From the NCBI GenBank assembly GCA_963718615.1, contig OY970368.1, positions 416,001 to 480,000 on the forward strand: 64,000 nt of DNA. The letters run 5' to 3'. The notes beneath the pieces were generated by a model that made no database searches, had not been told where the DNA came from, and saw only the letters and a program-made list of their open reading frames with translations. The position numbers were made by a program, and so were the translations under genes. This document shows, piece by piece, positions 1 to 9,461 of this stretch. The DNA is from an uncultured cyanobacterium. GTDB taxonomy: Bacteria > Cyanobacteriota > Cyanobacteriia > PCC-9006 > JAAUQQ01. Within the stretch, counting starts at the first letter, position 1. Each line of letters opens with the position of its first letter.

Positions 1-547
1 CTTTATTGTCTTTAGTATGATAAAAATAAAAGCGATAAATTTCATCATACTTTGGAAAATAATCGTTTAAATAATAGTGCGATAAGCTGTTATATATGCC
101 AGTACCTAAGATGATCAGGTTGCTACTGAATGCTGAGTTTCTGTTGCTAACAATTTGTTTTGTTGGGCTAATTCTAATAGGAGCATCAATGGCTCTTAGC
201 TCTAAATTTTCTTGACCCAACCAGTCCTGTAGCTTTTTAGAAAACAGAGCAAGTGGTTTATCTTTCAGTTCATGCTGTATAAGTAGCGCACCATCATACT
301 CTAGTTTAGTAATGGCAGAGCCAACATAACCCTTGTCAATCTTTTCAATGCCTGATGTACCTCCAGGTTGAATATTCAAATTAGAAACGTAGATGCAAAC
401 ATTTGGATTAGAACTGGTGATTCCGAAGAAGCGTAAAATTCTATTTCTATTTCTCAAATATAAAAAGGCGTAGACAATAAAGCCTATTAATGCAAAGATC
501 AAGGCTGCAATTAGATTTGCTACGACATTAATTAATATTTCGTTCAT
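1..547 (-). CDS. Hypothetical membrane-anchored protein, 3'-partial (runs off window start)
   Basis: Not in ORF track; hand translation from ATG at 547 gives open frame MNEILINVVANLIAALIFALIGFIVYAFLYLRNRNRIL...NLIILGTGIYNSLSHYYL to window edge; N-terminal TM helix; AT-rich. Confidence 0.75.
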   Translation of the reverse strand, partial: MNEILINVVANLIAALIFALIGFIVYAFLYLRNRNRILRFFGITSSNPNVCIYVSNLNIQPGGTSGIEKIDKGYVGSAITKLEYDGALLIQHELKDKPLALFSKKLQDWLGQENLELRAIDAPIRISPTKQIVSNRNSAFSSNLIILGTGIYNSLSHYYLNDYFPKYDEIYRFYFYHTKDNK

Positions 548-595
548 ACAGCTACTTCACATCATTTTTATTTAAGTCGTTTTACTCATCTAGCT

Positions 596-1387
596 TTACG
601 TTGAGCCAAGACAAGATTGTTGCCATTTGTATAGGAAATTAATTAGCTCTTCAGGTGGTTTTATCCACATATCTGCATGAGTCAAACGTAACTGTTCACG
701 CACTAAGACATTTAACCCTCTTTGACTAAGAACTTTGAACGCATCTTCATCGGTATAGTCATCTCCCAAATAAGCAATTGGAACATTCTCTTCTAAATCC
801 TTGATAATAGAATTTACTGCTGTCCCTTTATCTTTTCCATTTACGCGAATTTCTATTCCACCATCAAAATCATGAACTTTTAGGTTTGATGACTTTTCTA
901 AATCTTGCCAATAATTTAAAACTTGCGCCTGAATAGAATCAGCTATATCTGATGACAGACCTCGCCAATGAAGAGCTAAGCTGACAGGTTTCTGCTCACA
1001 ATATTTTGTGAGTTTTAGCGATTTAATATGCTCTTTGGCTTGGGAAAGTGCTTGTCTTGTATGCTCATCAAGAGAAGCAATTACATAATTTCCATCAGCA
1101 AGATGTTCCCATCCATGAGATCCCCAAATCTCTGGCAGGGGATCTATATGAAGCAAGGGAACCAAATCTTGTACTGCCCGCCCGCTGATAATTACAACTC
1201 GCGATAGCTGATTGCGACAAATTTCACCTAACAACTCAGGAACACCCGTATATGGAAATGCTTGATCTCGCTCTACACGAAAAGGGGCAAGCGTACCATC
1301 GTAATCCAGCAATAAGAGGCGTCTCCTTGCCGTTGTGACTTTTCTAAAAAATGCCTCTATATCAAGACCTTTCGATAGGATCTCCAT
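596..1387 (-). CDS. otsB: Trehalose-6-phosphate phosphatase (HAD IIB)
   Basis: LLLDYDGTL motif I, IISGR, GSHGWE, DKG, YLGDDYTDEDAF motif IV. Confidence 0.85.
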   Translation of the reverse strand: MEILSKGLDIEAFFRKVTTARRRLLLLDYDGTLAPFRVERDQAFPYTGVPELLGEICRNQLSRVVIISGRAVQDLVPLLHIDPLPEIWGSHGWEHLADGNYVIASLDEHTRQALSQAKEHIKSLKLTKYCEQKPVSLALHWRGLSSDIADSIQAQVLNYWQDLEKSSNLKVHDFDGGIEIRVNGKDKGTAVNSIIKDLEENVPIAYLGDDYTDEDAFKVLSQRGLNVLVREQLRLTHADMWIKPPEELINFLYKWQQSCLGST

Positions 1388-1512
1388 CCATTTACGCCTT
1401 GCTTTAGATAACTTAGTTTTTCTCTTGTGAAATCTAACAGATTTTTGATGGGGTGGCTACAGCATTACAGATGGCTTCTCAGTTAAGCCTTAGCTGACCA
1501 TCAGAGCCGTAT

Positions 1513-1813
1513 AACAACTTATTCTCATGCACAATGCCTGATAACTCCCCCCTGCCGGTATTTTCAAGCGCCAACGCCGTATAATCCCCAGTCTCAGCCA
1601 GTTATCCAGGCAATCATGCTGGATAACACCCCCTGTTGGGTATTATCAGGCAAAGCTGCATGATAACAACCCGTTTCCAGGTATTATCCCAGCAGCGACG
1701 CCCGATAACACCCCTGTTCAGGTATTATCAGGCATGTCTCAGTATAATATTATTCTCTTCAACCCAGCGTAGAAAATGACAAAATCTTCACCAACAGCTC
1801 AGCACTCTAGACC
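1513..1813 (-). repeat. 301-bp non-coding element copy 1, attI-like region with phased GATAA/TTATC motifs
   Basis: Colinear diverged direct repeat of 11904-12204; shared sequence ends at AATAAGTTGTT on minus strand. Confidence 0.8.
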
Positions 1814-1922
1814 AGACCTCTTGCATGAATGCTAAACGACATTTTGGTCGAGTTCCAAGTTGTATAGGGAAGCAATCAGGTTGAAGCGCAAACCAAACCG
1901 CTTGCGACGATTGCGATAGCGC
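1814..1922 (-). mobile_element. IS5 family (ISL2/IS702-like) 3' end remnant with terminal inverted repeat
   Basis: Minus strand encodes RYRNRRKRFGLRFNLIASLYNLEL; TIR AGACCTCTTGCATGAAT at 1814-1830 matches inverted copy at 9232-9248 (16/17). Confidence 0.8.
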
Positions 1923-2063
1923 TAAGAAACTGGTGAAATTGATGCTGGAAGAGAGTTTTAGCCATCCTTACCTTTGGAGCACTACCAAATAGCGAAAAAT
2001 GCTTGAAACCCTTATTTGGGGGCACGTATAAAGAATCTGGCGATCCTTATTTCAGTGGCATTG
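1923..2063 (-). mobile_element. Possible IS4-like element 5' end remnant
   Basis: Begins CAATGCCACTGAAATAAG on minus strand, resembling cyanobacterial IS4-type ends; followed by short ATG frame MAKTLFQHQFHQF abutting the IS5 remnant. Confidence 0.35.
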
Positions 2064-2080
2064 AGCTTTAGTTTATTTCG

Positions 2081-2800
2081 CTACAGCAAATTCGCGGGGG
2101 GATTTTCAGGCACAACCCAGTAGTAGATCGTTCTGCCATCTATTTCTACGGTCTGATCGGGCTTCCACTCTCCCATATCAAACGCATGAGAAACAATGCG
2201 TGTACCTGGTTTTAATTCGCGCAGGAGTTTGGGACGCAGCTTCACGTTGAGTTCTGGCAACAAGTACAGTGTAACAACAGTGGCATCGCTGAAGTCAGCC
2301 TGAAACAAATCTTGCTGACGGAACTCAACAAGGTCACTCACACCAGCTGTTTGAGCCTTCTCATTCGCCTCTCGAATGCGTTCGGGGCTAATATCAATCC
2401 CAATTCCGCGTGCGCCGCGCTGTTGAGCTGCTGTAATCACAATTCGCCCATCGCCGCTCCCCAAATCGTAAACCAGATCATTAGATTGCACATTTACCAA
2501 CCGTAGCATTTCATTCACAACCGTCATGGGCGTTGGAACGTATATCACATCAGGTTTGCGGGTGGGAGATTCTGTTGTGGGGGTAGGAACGACTTGAGCC
2601 TGATCGGAAGAAGGAGCAGTTTGGACGTTAGCATCTGGACCTTGGGCCTCTGCTTCAAAGTTACGGAGTTGGGTACAGCCAACTCCCGCAAGACTAAAAA
2701 CGCCAATTCCCGCAAGACTAAGAGCGCTAATGCCAACCCGTAGCGATCGCAGCGTGGATTGAAGCACAGTGGATTTGAACAGCGTAGATTGAAGTTTCAT
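2081..2800 (-). CDS. Class I SAM-dependent methyltransferase with N-terminal signal/lipoprotein-like segment
   Basis: PDVIYVPTP, VYDLGSGDGRIVI, VVTLYLLPELN, IVSHAF motifs. Confidence 0.85.
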   Translation of the reverse strand: MKLQSTLFKSTVLQSTLRSLRVGISALSLAGIGVFSLAGVGCTQLRNFEAEAQGPDANVQTAPSSDQAQVVPTPTTESPTRKPDVIYVPTPMTVVNEMLRLVNVQSNDLVYDLGSGDGRIVITAAQQRGARGIGIDISPERIREANEKAQTAGVSDLVEFRQQDLFQADFSDATVVTLYLLPELNVKLRPKLLRELKPGTRIVSHAFDMGEWKPDQTVEIDGRTIYYWVVPENPPANLL

Positions 2801-2831
2801 GATTTTGATCTCCTAAAAAAAGAGGACTGAA

Positions 2832-4190
2832 TTATTCGGTACGACGGATAAAGGGAAGACCCAGTAATACGACGATGACTCCTGCGATTGCGCCGATGCC
2901 GGTATAAACCAGACTAGAGTAGAGTAAATAACCACAGATGGCGCAGAATAGGGTGGGAACAATCGGATAAAGCGGTACACGAAACGGACGGGAGCGATTA
3001 GGTTCCCGAATTCGAAAAACGATCAATGACAGGGTGCTGAGCAAAAAGAAAAACCAGAAGATGGGGGCAGTATAGTCCACCATTGTCTCGAACCCTTGAC
3101 GGGTCAAACTTCCCAGCCCAAGCAGGGTGAGTGCGATCGCCCCTTGCAACAAATAAGCGGTTGTGGGTGAACTGGGTTTCGGGTGCCATTGTCCTAGCCA
3201 GTGGAATGAAGACACATCCTGCCCCAGAGCAAAGCTAGTGCGGGCACCTGTCAAGAGGGTTGCATTGATTGACCCTAGCGTTGCAATCACAACCAGCCAA
3301 CTCACAAATGCAGCTCCCGGTTCACCCAAAGTCTGCCGCACTAAATCTGCTGCAACCGCTTGGGAGTCCGCCATACCTGCCACACCCAATCCCCGTAGGT
3401 ATGCTAGGTTAATCAACAGATAAATCCCCGTGATGATGCCAATGCTCCAGAGAAGAGATCGCCCGATATTCCGCTGAGGATTTTGGATTTCCGCAGAAAT
3501 GTAAGCCGCTTCATTCCACCCCCCATAGGACAGCAGCACAAAGACTAAAGCTAAACCCCAGGAGGGCGGAGAGGCAGAAGGAGCATTGGGAGCAACAGAA
3601 GCAGAGGTGGAAAAGCCAAGCCCCAAGAGGATAACCAGCAGTAATCCTAACAGGAGAAACACGGCTAACCAGTTCTGAAGTCCTTTGCTTTGGCGCAGTC
3701 CAATGATGTTAAGCGCAGTCAGCAGCGAGATCGTCCCCGCCGCATAAATGGAAGGCGAGTAGCCCCCTAGCGGCAATAGCTGCGAAGCATAATCGCCAAA
3801 GATAAATGCTAACAGTGCGATCGATCCAGGTTGAATCACAGTCATGCGTGCCCAGGCAAACAGAACTGCGATCGGTTGTCCAAAGGCTCGCTTCAGATAG
3901 TAGTAATTGCCACCGACATGGGGGTAGGCAGTCGCGAGTTCCGCATAGCACAATGCCCCCAACAGGGACACAATACCCCCTATTAGCCAGACTCCAATAA
4001 CACCGCCAACCGTTCCAGTATTGGCAGCGACTAGAGCTGGCGTTTCAAAAATACCTGCGCCGATCACCAATCCTACGATTAAGGTGATCGCATCAACCGA
4101 AGTAAGAGAAGGACGTGGAACTGTATTACCAGGTTGATTGCGCTCCAGTAGTGCAGAGTTTTCTAATCTAGTCACAGTTCTCCTTATCAA
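2832..4190 (-). CDS. APC-family amino acid permease
   Basis: IGAGIF, YAELATAYPHVGG, SYGGWN, RPFRVPLYP; many TM helices. Confidence 0.9.
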   Translation of the reverse strand: MIRRTVTRLENSALLERNQPGNTVPRPSLTSVDAITLIVGLVIGAGIFETPALVAANTGTVGGVIGVWLIGGIVSLLGALCYAELATAYPHVGGNYYYLKRAFGQPIAVLFAWARMTVIQPGSIALLAFIFGDYASQLLPLGGYSPSIYAAGTISLLTALNIIGLRQSKGLQNWLAVFLLLGLLLVILLGLGFSTSASVAPNAPSASPPSWGLALVFVLLSYGGWNEAAYISAEIQNPQRNIGRSLLWSIGIITGIYLLINLAYLRGLGVAGMADSQAVAADLVRQTLGEPGAAFVSWLVVIATLGSINATLLTGARTSFALGQDVSSFHWLGQWHPKPSSPTTAYLLQGAIALTLLGLGSLTRQGFETMVDYTAPIFWFFFLLSTLSLIVFRIREPNRSRPFRVPLYPIVPTLFCAICGYLLYSSLVYTGIGAIAGVIVVLLGLPFIRRTE

Positions 4191-4694
4191 TGACTAAAAG
4201 TTATGTCCAATGCCCAGCCGTAAGCCAACTTATGGTTTCCCCAAAAATCCAACATTGACCCCCGCATTGGCTGTGGGCTGAACCGTTAGAGGAACATGGA
4301 CACCGCCTTTCACCAATACGTACACAGTGCTTCTCTGCCAGTCGAAATGAAGGTTTCCCCGCCAGCGCAAGGCGTTAGGCTGATCCACTCATTGGCATTC
4401 AGACATTGGGATGACAGACTCAGACATCAAAGGCTTAATTTGCAAACTAATGCCTGAAGCATCAGCCATACCGAGTGCAGCCGATTGCCTGCTAAGTAAC
4501 GAGCAACATTTCTGCTAGACCCGAAATAACAAAGAATCGCTTGAAGCGTAGAGCATTCATCACAAAAATTTGTCAATGACAATAGCAAGATTTAAGTCTT
4601 ACTCTTATGGTCAACAATAAATGTGACTTAAAAGTGACAGGATTTAGGGATGAAGCATGATTTTGAACTTTTCTCAAATTCAAACCACAGTTCA

Positions 4695-5611
4695 GAGGAT
4701 ATTTGGAAAGTAAGAAAAAGCTCATGCAAGTCTACGTAGCATAAGTCTGATCATGGCAATGTGTATGAAAGCCTCAGAGGATTCGGACAAGCATTCATAA
4801 TCGACGTTGAGCCGACGACACCAACAAAGCCAGCCATAGGTTCGTTCGACCATCCAGCGCTTTGGCAGCAGCACAAAACCCTTGGCATGATCGGGACGAA
4901 GCACCCCTTCTAAAATCCAGCAAAAGTTATCGATAACCCAGCAGAGACAGTCTTTGCCTGAGAATCCACCATCGACTCAAATTCTAGCTAACCGTGGAAC
5001 GCGTTCTCTTTCGTCATCAAGCTTATGGAGCAATTGCTTGGCCCCTTCTCGCTCTGGAACATTGGCAGCGACCCCGTGGACCATAATCAATAATCCTAGG
5101 GTGTCGACGAGGGTAAAGCGCTTGCGTCCTTTGGTTTTCTTGCCTGCGTCATAGCCTACCTGATGGCGAACCATCACGGCAGTGGGAACAGTTTGAGAAT
5201 CCAGACTGCCAGCACTGGGACTGGGGTGTCGGTCTTGGTCAACGCGGCGGCACCAAGTAACGAGCTTGTCATGCACCCGTTTCCAAGTGCCATCATCGCG
5301 CCACTGACTGAAGGAGTAGTAGACAGTGGAATAGGGAGGATAGTCCTTGGGCAACAATCGCTAAGCACAACCACTGACCAGAATATAGAGGATGCCTTGT
5401 ATGACCCACTTCAGGTTGACTTGCCTGGGACGTCCCCCTGGCTTACTCGCCGCAAGCAGGCTCAATAGCAGCTCCCACTGGTCAGAGGTCAGTTCACTAG
5501 AGTAGGCTGCTGTCATGGCTTTTCGGGGGGGTGAGGTTGGGTTATTTCAACCTAATACCCAAGAAGCTTTTCTTCTACACTGGTGCTCAACGCTACTTTC
5601 TAAATATCCTC
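4695..5611 (-). mobile_element. IS5 family (IS1031 group) insertion sequence, complete ends, inactivated transposase
   Basis: TIRs GAGGATATTTGGAAAGTA (4695-4712) and TACTTTCTAAATATCCTC (5594-5611); TCA duplicated on both flanks. Confidence 0.9.
4722..5516 (-). pseudogene. IS5/IS1031 transposase with two in-frame stops
   Basis: Single frame MTAAYSSELTSDQW...LPKDYPPYSTVY...GYDAGKKTKGRKR...[12 protein letters not shown]; stops at 5361-5363 (TAG) and 4977-4979 (TGA). Confidence 0.9.
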
Positions 5612-5631
5612 TCAAGCTACAGTGATTCAAC

Positions 5632-6909
5632 TTACAGACGGTGTTCCACCGACAGTTGTAAGGAAAATTCAATTTGAAACAGTGAACCCTTTCCAACTTG
5701 GCTGCTCACCGTTAACCGTCCACCATGCGCTTCCACAATTTGCTGCGCGATCGCCAATCCCAGTCCAGCACCACCTTTCTCTCGTGTTCGTTCCTCATCA
5801 ACCCGGTAAAATCGATCAAAAATACGCAATAAATCTAGTTCTGAAATACCAACTCCCGTATCTTCTACCTGAATTAAAATGCAATGATATTGATTCACTA
5901 GCCGTAACCATACCGCTCCATTAGGTAAGGTATATTTACAAGCATTGATCAATAGATTGGTGATAGCTTGTTTTAGCAACTCAGGGTTGCCTTGGATAAT
6001 ACTATTCTCTTTAGGCAGTTCTAAATGAATGATTAGATGTTGGGCAGCAAATTGTATCGCTGAAGTGATGATCGTCTCTTCCAATAAGTTATTTAAGTTA
6101 ATTAATTGAACCGAGTTTGAGTCTAACTGCCCTGGCTGTCGTGCCAAAAATAGGAGATCGGTCACGAGCCGATTCATTAGCTTGGTCGCTTCAGCAATCT
6201 TTTCTAACCGAGTGTGTTTAGGCTTACCTGCATCAACTGGACTTAGTAAGCCAACTTGAGCATTACTGAGAATTGTGGCAAGGGGTGCTCTTAGTTCATG
6301 GGATGCATCAGACGTAAACCGTTCTAGTTGAGCGTAAGCGTCCCGAATCGGATACATCGCCAAACCACTTAGTACCCAACCGGTGAGGCTGATTGCTCCT
6401 AACGTCAGAGGGACTGCCAGCATCATCATGATGAGTAGGTCTCTGAGTGTATCTTGAGCTTCAGTTAGCGGAAGAGCAATCTGAAGGTAGCCTATTGTGC
6501 GTCCGTCGTAGTCAACCGGGAGCGTTAATTGGCGCAGCCATTCGGAATCTGATTGAATCGTTTCAAAAGCCGCGCTCGTCTGAATTTGATCGAGGGGCTG
6601 CACTCCATAAAACTGCCGTATTTTTCCGACCTTTGAGTACCAACGAGCGTAAACAATCTCACTATCTGAGGGAGGAAAATAATTTCCTAAGATCGGAACG
6701 TTACTGAGATCAAGGTGTTCTTTTCCCTGCTGCCGCTGGTAGCTGATATTAGCTGCCATGATTCTTGCTTTTTTGTAGAGTAGGCGATCAATCTCTTCCA
6801 GACGCTCGATTGATCGCTGGTAATAAAAAATGCTGGCAAACAAAATTAAAATGCTACCCATCGATAGCGTAAACCAATGGGCAAGATTACGGCGACTACG
6901 ATTGAACAT
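5632..6909 (-). CDS. Sensor histidine kinase, RppB/NrsS-like
   Basis: FTSDASHELRAPL H-box, N/G1/F/G2 boxes, two TM helices. Confidence 0.9.
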   Translation of the reverse strand: MFNRSRRNLAHWFTLSMGSILILFASIFYYQRSIERLEEIDRLLYKKARIMAANISYQRQQGKEHLDLSNVPILGNYFPPSDSEIVYARWYSKVGKIRQFYGVQPLDQIQTSAAFETIQSDSEWLRQLTLPVDYDGRTIGYLQIALPLTEAQDTLRDLLIMMMLAVPLTLGAISLTGWVLSGLAMYPIRDAYAQLERFTSDASHELRAPLATILSNAQVGLLSPVDAGKPKHTRLEKIAEATKLMNRLVTDLLFLARQPGQLDSNSVQLINLNNLLEETIITSAIQFAAQHLIIHLELPKENSIIQGNPELLKQAITNLLINACKYTLPNGAVWLRLVNQYHCILIQVEDTGVGISELDLLRIFDRFYRVDEERTREKGGAGLGLAIAQQIVEAHGGRLTVSSQVGKGSLFQIEFSLQLSVEHRL

Positions 6910-7576
6910 TTGGATTTAATCGATAACCCATGCCATATATTGTTTCCAGCCAATCAACAGCGCCTATGGCCCGCAATCGTTGTCGCAGCCGATACACTAA
7001 TGCAGTAATAGCATTACTCTCTGGCTCGCTGCCCCATTCCCACAAGGCTTGTTCAATCTGGTCGCGGGAAAGTACCTGCCGAGGATGACGCATGAGATAC
7101 TCTAGAAACTGAAATTCGCGAGTAGACAGTTGAAGACTCTGCTCACCCCGTTCTACTGTCAATGTCGATAAGTGCAGGGTTAGATCTTCAATGTGCAGCA
7201 TATCCCCTTCCCAGAGAGGTGATCGTCGTCCTAATGCCCGCACCCGTGCCAGCAATTCAAACACATCAGCAGGTTTGACGAGATAATCATCTGCTCCAGC
7301 ATCCAAACCGCTAATTTTGTCTGGAGTGGCATCTTTTGCGGTCAGCAGTAGCACTGGAGAAGTTTTTCCTAGTTGGCGATAGTGTTGACATAGGCTAAAG
7401 CCACTGACGTGAGGTAATAACCAATCTAGAATTAATAGATCGTACTCCCGCTTCGATAAGATCCACTGAGCGATCTCACCATCCTCCACACCATCCACAA
7501 TATGCCCTGCTTGAGAGAGGGCAGCCTGAAGCGGCTCCAGTTGACTCGCATCATCTTCTACTAGCAGGATTCGCAT
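6896..7576 (-). CDS. OmpR-family response regulator, RppA/NrsR-like
   Basis: MRILLVEDD, LLILDW, GADDYLVKP, ETIYGMGYRL; ATG at 7576 preferred. Confidence 0.9.
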   Translation of the reverse strand: MRILLVEDDASQLEPLQAALSQAGHIVDGVEDGEIAQWILSKREYDLLILDWLLPHVSGFSLCQHYRQLGKTSPVLLLTAKDATPDKISGLDAGADDYLVKPADVFELLARVRALGRRSPLWEGDMLHIEDLTLHLSTLTVERGEQSLQLSTREFQFLEYLMRHPRQVLSRDQIEQALWEWGSEPESNAITALVYRLRQRLRAIGAVDWLETIYGMGYRLNPNVQS

Positions 7577-7723
7577 TAGTCCAACTATAGTTCTGCACAA
7601 TGCATCATAGATGAAACGATTGAAGGGCAGCGTCCCCCAGAGGTGCGATTTAACTTACTGTATTGCTGAATAAAATTTATTTATTCAGTTTCCACCTCAC
7701 TCCTCCGATTCTCTTAAAATCCC

Positions 7724-8113
7724 ATGTTTGTTCCGCGCATACTACGGCTTCTCCATTGCACTGGCTGGGAATTCTGGCTGCCTCTGCCCTTTATTTCGGC
7801 ATTATTTTGGTTTACAGGTAACTTTGCAGTTGCAGAGATACTAAACCGCTCTTATGGATCTGTCATCAAACTCCAGGCAGATATGCAAATGGATGTAAGG
7901 CCTTCCCGGACAATCCTATCTATGAATGCAGAAATTGATCGCAGCCGAGGTGTGAGCACGATTTTTGTCAGAATCACCGATTTAACGTTGGGGGAATTAA
8001 AATATGAGTTCCCAGTTACCCAAGCTAGTGAAATAGAGACAGCGATCGCTCAGAAACTAGAACTATCTACTGAAAACATCCGCAAGCTGCTCAGGTATCG
8101 ACTTGTAGACTGA
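7724..8113 (+). CDS. Small membrane-anchored hypothetical protein divergent from the two-component pair
   Basis: 129-aa ORF, GWEFWLPLP followed by hydrophobic helix. Confidence 0.65.
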   Translation: MFVPRILRLLHCTGWEFWLPLPFISALFWFTGNFAVAEILNRSYGSVIKLQADMQMDVRPSRTILSMNAEIDRSRGVSTIFVRITDLTLGELKYEFPVTQASEIETAIAQKLELSTENIRKLLRYRLVD

Positions 8114-8260
8114 GTGGACTCAGTAAACGCATTCGGAACGGGCTAAGGTCGTTTCAGCCCATCAATGCCCAGTCTGTTCAGTCGTGGGGCGCATTTCGGT
8201 TTCGGTTTTGTGACACCGTGGGCATTCTCGACCCCCTGATATCAAATGTCAATTACTTTG

Positions 8261-8890
8261 AGTTCTTGGCAGCTTTGGGTGATCCTTTATAGAAAGCACA
8301 GTTGCATTTCCCCTCTAGCTCAACTGGAGAACAAGAAGCGTTTGCTCAACAAATCTAGACCAGCTCGACCATACATTTGTCGTTTGAGCATTTTTAACTG
8401 ATTGACCAGTCCTTCCACTGGCCCATTGCTCGTTTCCAAAGTCATGCTTGCTTTGACGGCTTCATAGTCCTCAAATAGCCTCTCGGCAAACCTTTGAAGC
8501 AGGTGTGCATCTTCTGGGTATCGATTTTCTTCCTTTTGCATGGTCAGATAGGTTACGCGTCGTGGGGTCAGTGGTGGATTTTGAGGGTCAATGACGTTCG
8601 GTAGCCCTTCAGTGGAAACTGAGCGCCTTGAACCAAGACTTTGAGCTTGGCGGATTCGAGGCAGGTAGCGTGTTAATGTTCGAGCACCTCCTGAATATCC
8701 CTTCTGTTAGAGGAGCTTCAATAACACTTGAGGACGGGTGATTCCGTCGTTCCACAATTGCAGCAAATAGTCTTTATAGGGATTGAGAAGGCTCAATCCG
8801 AAGGTATTCCGCCTTTTAGGTTCCGGTGTCTGAGGTTTTTGCGGATAACGTTGAACACTTTTTATACTCACTCCGACCCGTTGAGCAATC
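8261..8890 (-). mobile_element. ISL3-family transposase 3' remnant with terminal repeat
   Basis: LLNPYKDYLLQLWNDG, internal stop, SNGPVEGLVNQLKMLKRQMYGRAGLDLL; end-like AGTTCTTGGCAGCTTTGGGTGAT from 8262. Confidence 0.85.
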
Positions 8891-8933
8891 TCAGTGAGTG
8901 GTAAGTTTTGCTGATGCAGCTTCCAGATCTGTC

Positions 8934-9248
8934 ACATGCTCGATCTTGACCCGTAGCTTCCCTAACTCTCGGTTGTAAACTTTCTGCGTCTCACTCAGCT
9001 TACCCCCCCTGGGTTTCTTCACCGGGGTGAAGCCCGGTTGCCCACTCCGCTGACCCGCTTTGGGCAGGTGCGGGCGTAAGTCATTGGCTAGACGTTCAAA
9101 CGTCTCTGGCTTGATTCCGCTGTAACGACGAAACTCTCCAGGTTTGAGGGGTTTGAGTTGGCTGTAGTGCATGGCGATCGCAAGGTCACTTTCTTACTCT
9201 TCAACCCCAATTTCTCTCTCTCGCTCCGGCTATTCGTGCAAGAGGTCT
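8934..9248 (-). mobile_element. IS5 family (ISL2/IS702-like) 5' remnant, internally deleted
   Basis: TIR at 9232-9248; MHYSQLKPLKPGEFRRYSGIKPETF joined directly to PVKKPRGGKLSETQKVYNRELGKLRVKIEHV. Confidence 0.85.
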
Positions 9249-9461
9249 AATAGTGTCTTTTGATAGTGTTAAACCAGTTTTTTCCTATCCATATTGAAAT
9301 AGATGGTTGTGCTTAGTCCACACAACTAAAGCTAGATAACGACAAAGTTGAGCAGAAATGAGAGAACTCGAAGGTAGACGAGAAGATTGTGGATTGCCGC
9401 TCCAAAAACTGGTTCACTAGCAGCCCTTACCGAGATCTCCAACGTATAAATCATCGTGATT

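Noticed and set aside
1530-1750. Phased motifs as a degenerate CRISPR array
   Set aside because: Conserved words are only 5-7 bp in inverted pairs, and the intervening sequences are homologous between the two copies.
4200-4560. Possible gene upstream of the permease
   Set aside because: ATG at about 4560 leads to an early stop; may be a decayed secreted-protein gene but no family is recognisable.
8124-8255. Possible IS66-like miniature element with GTAA ends
   Set aside because: Inverted match is only about 4 bp and no target duplication is evident.
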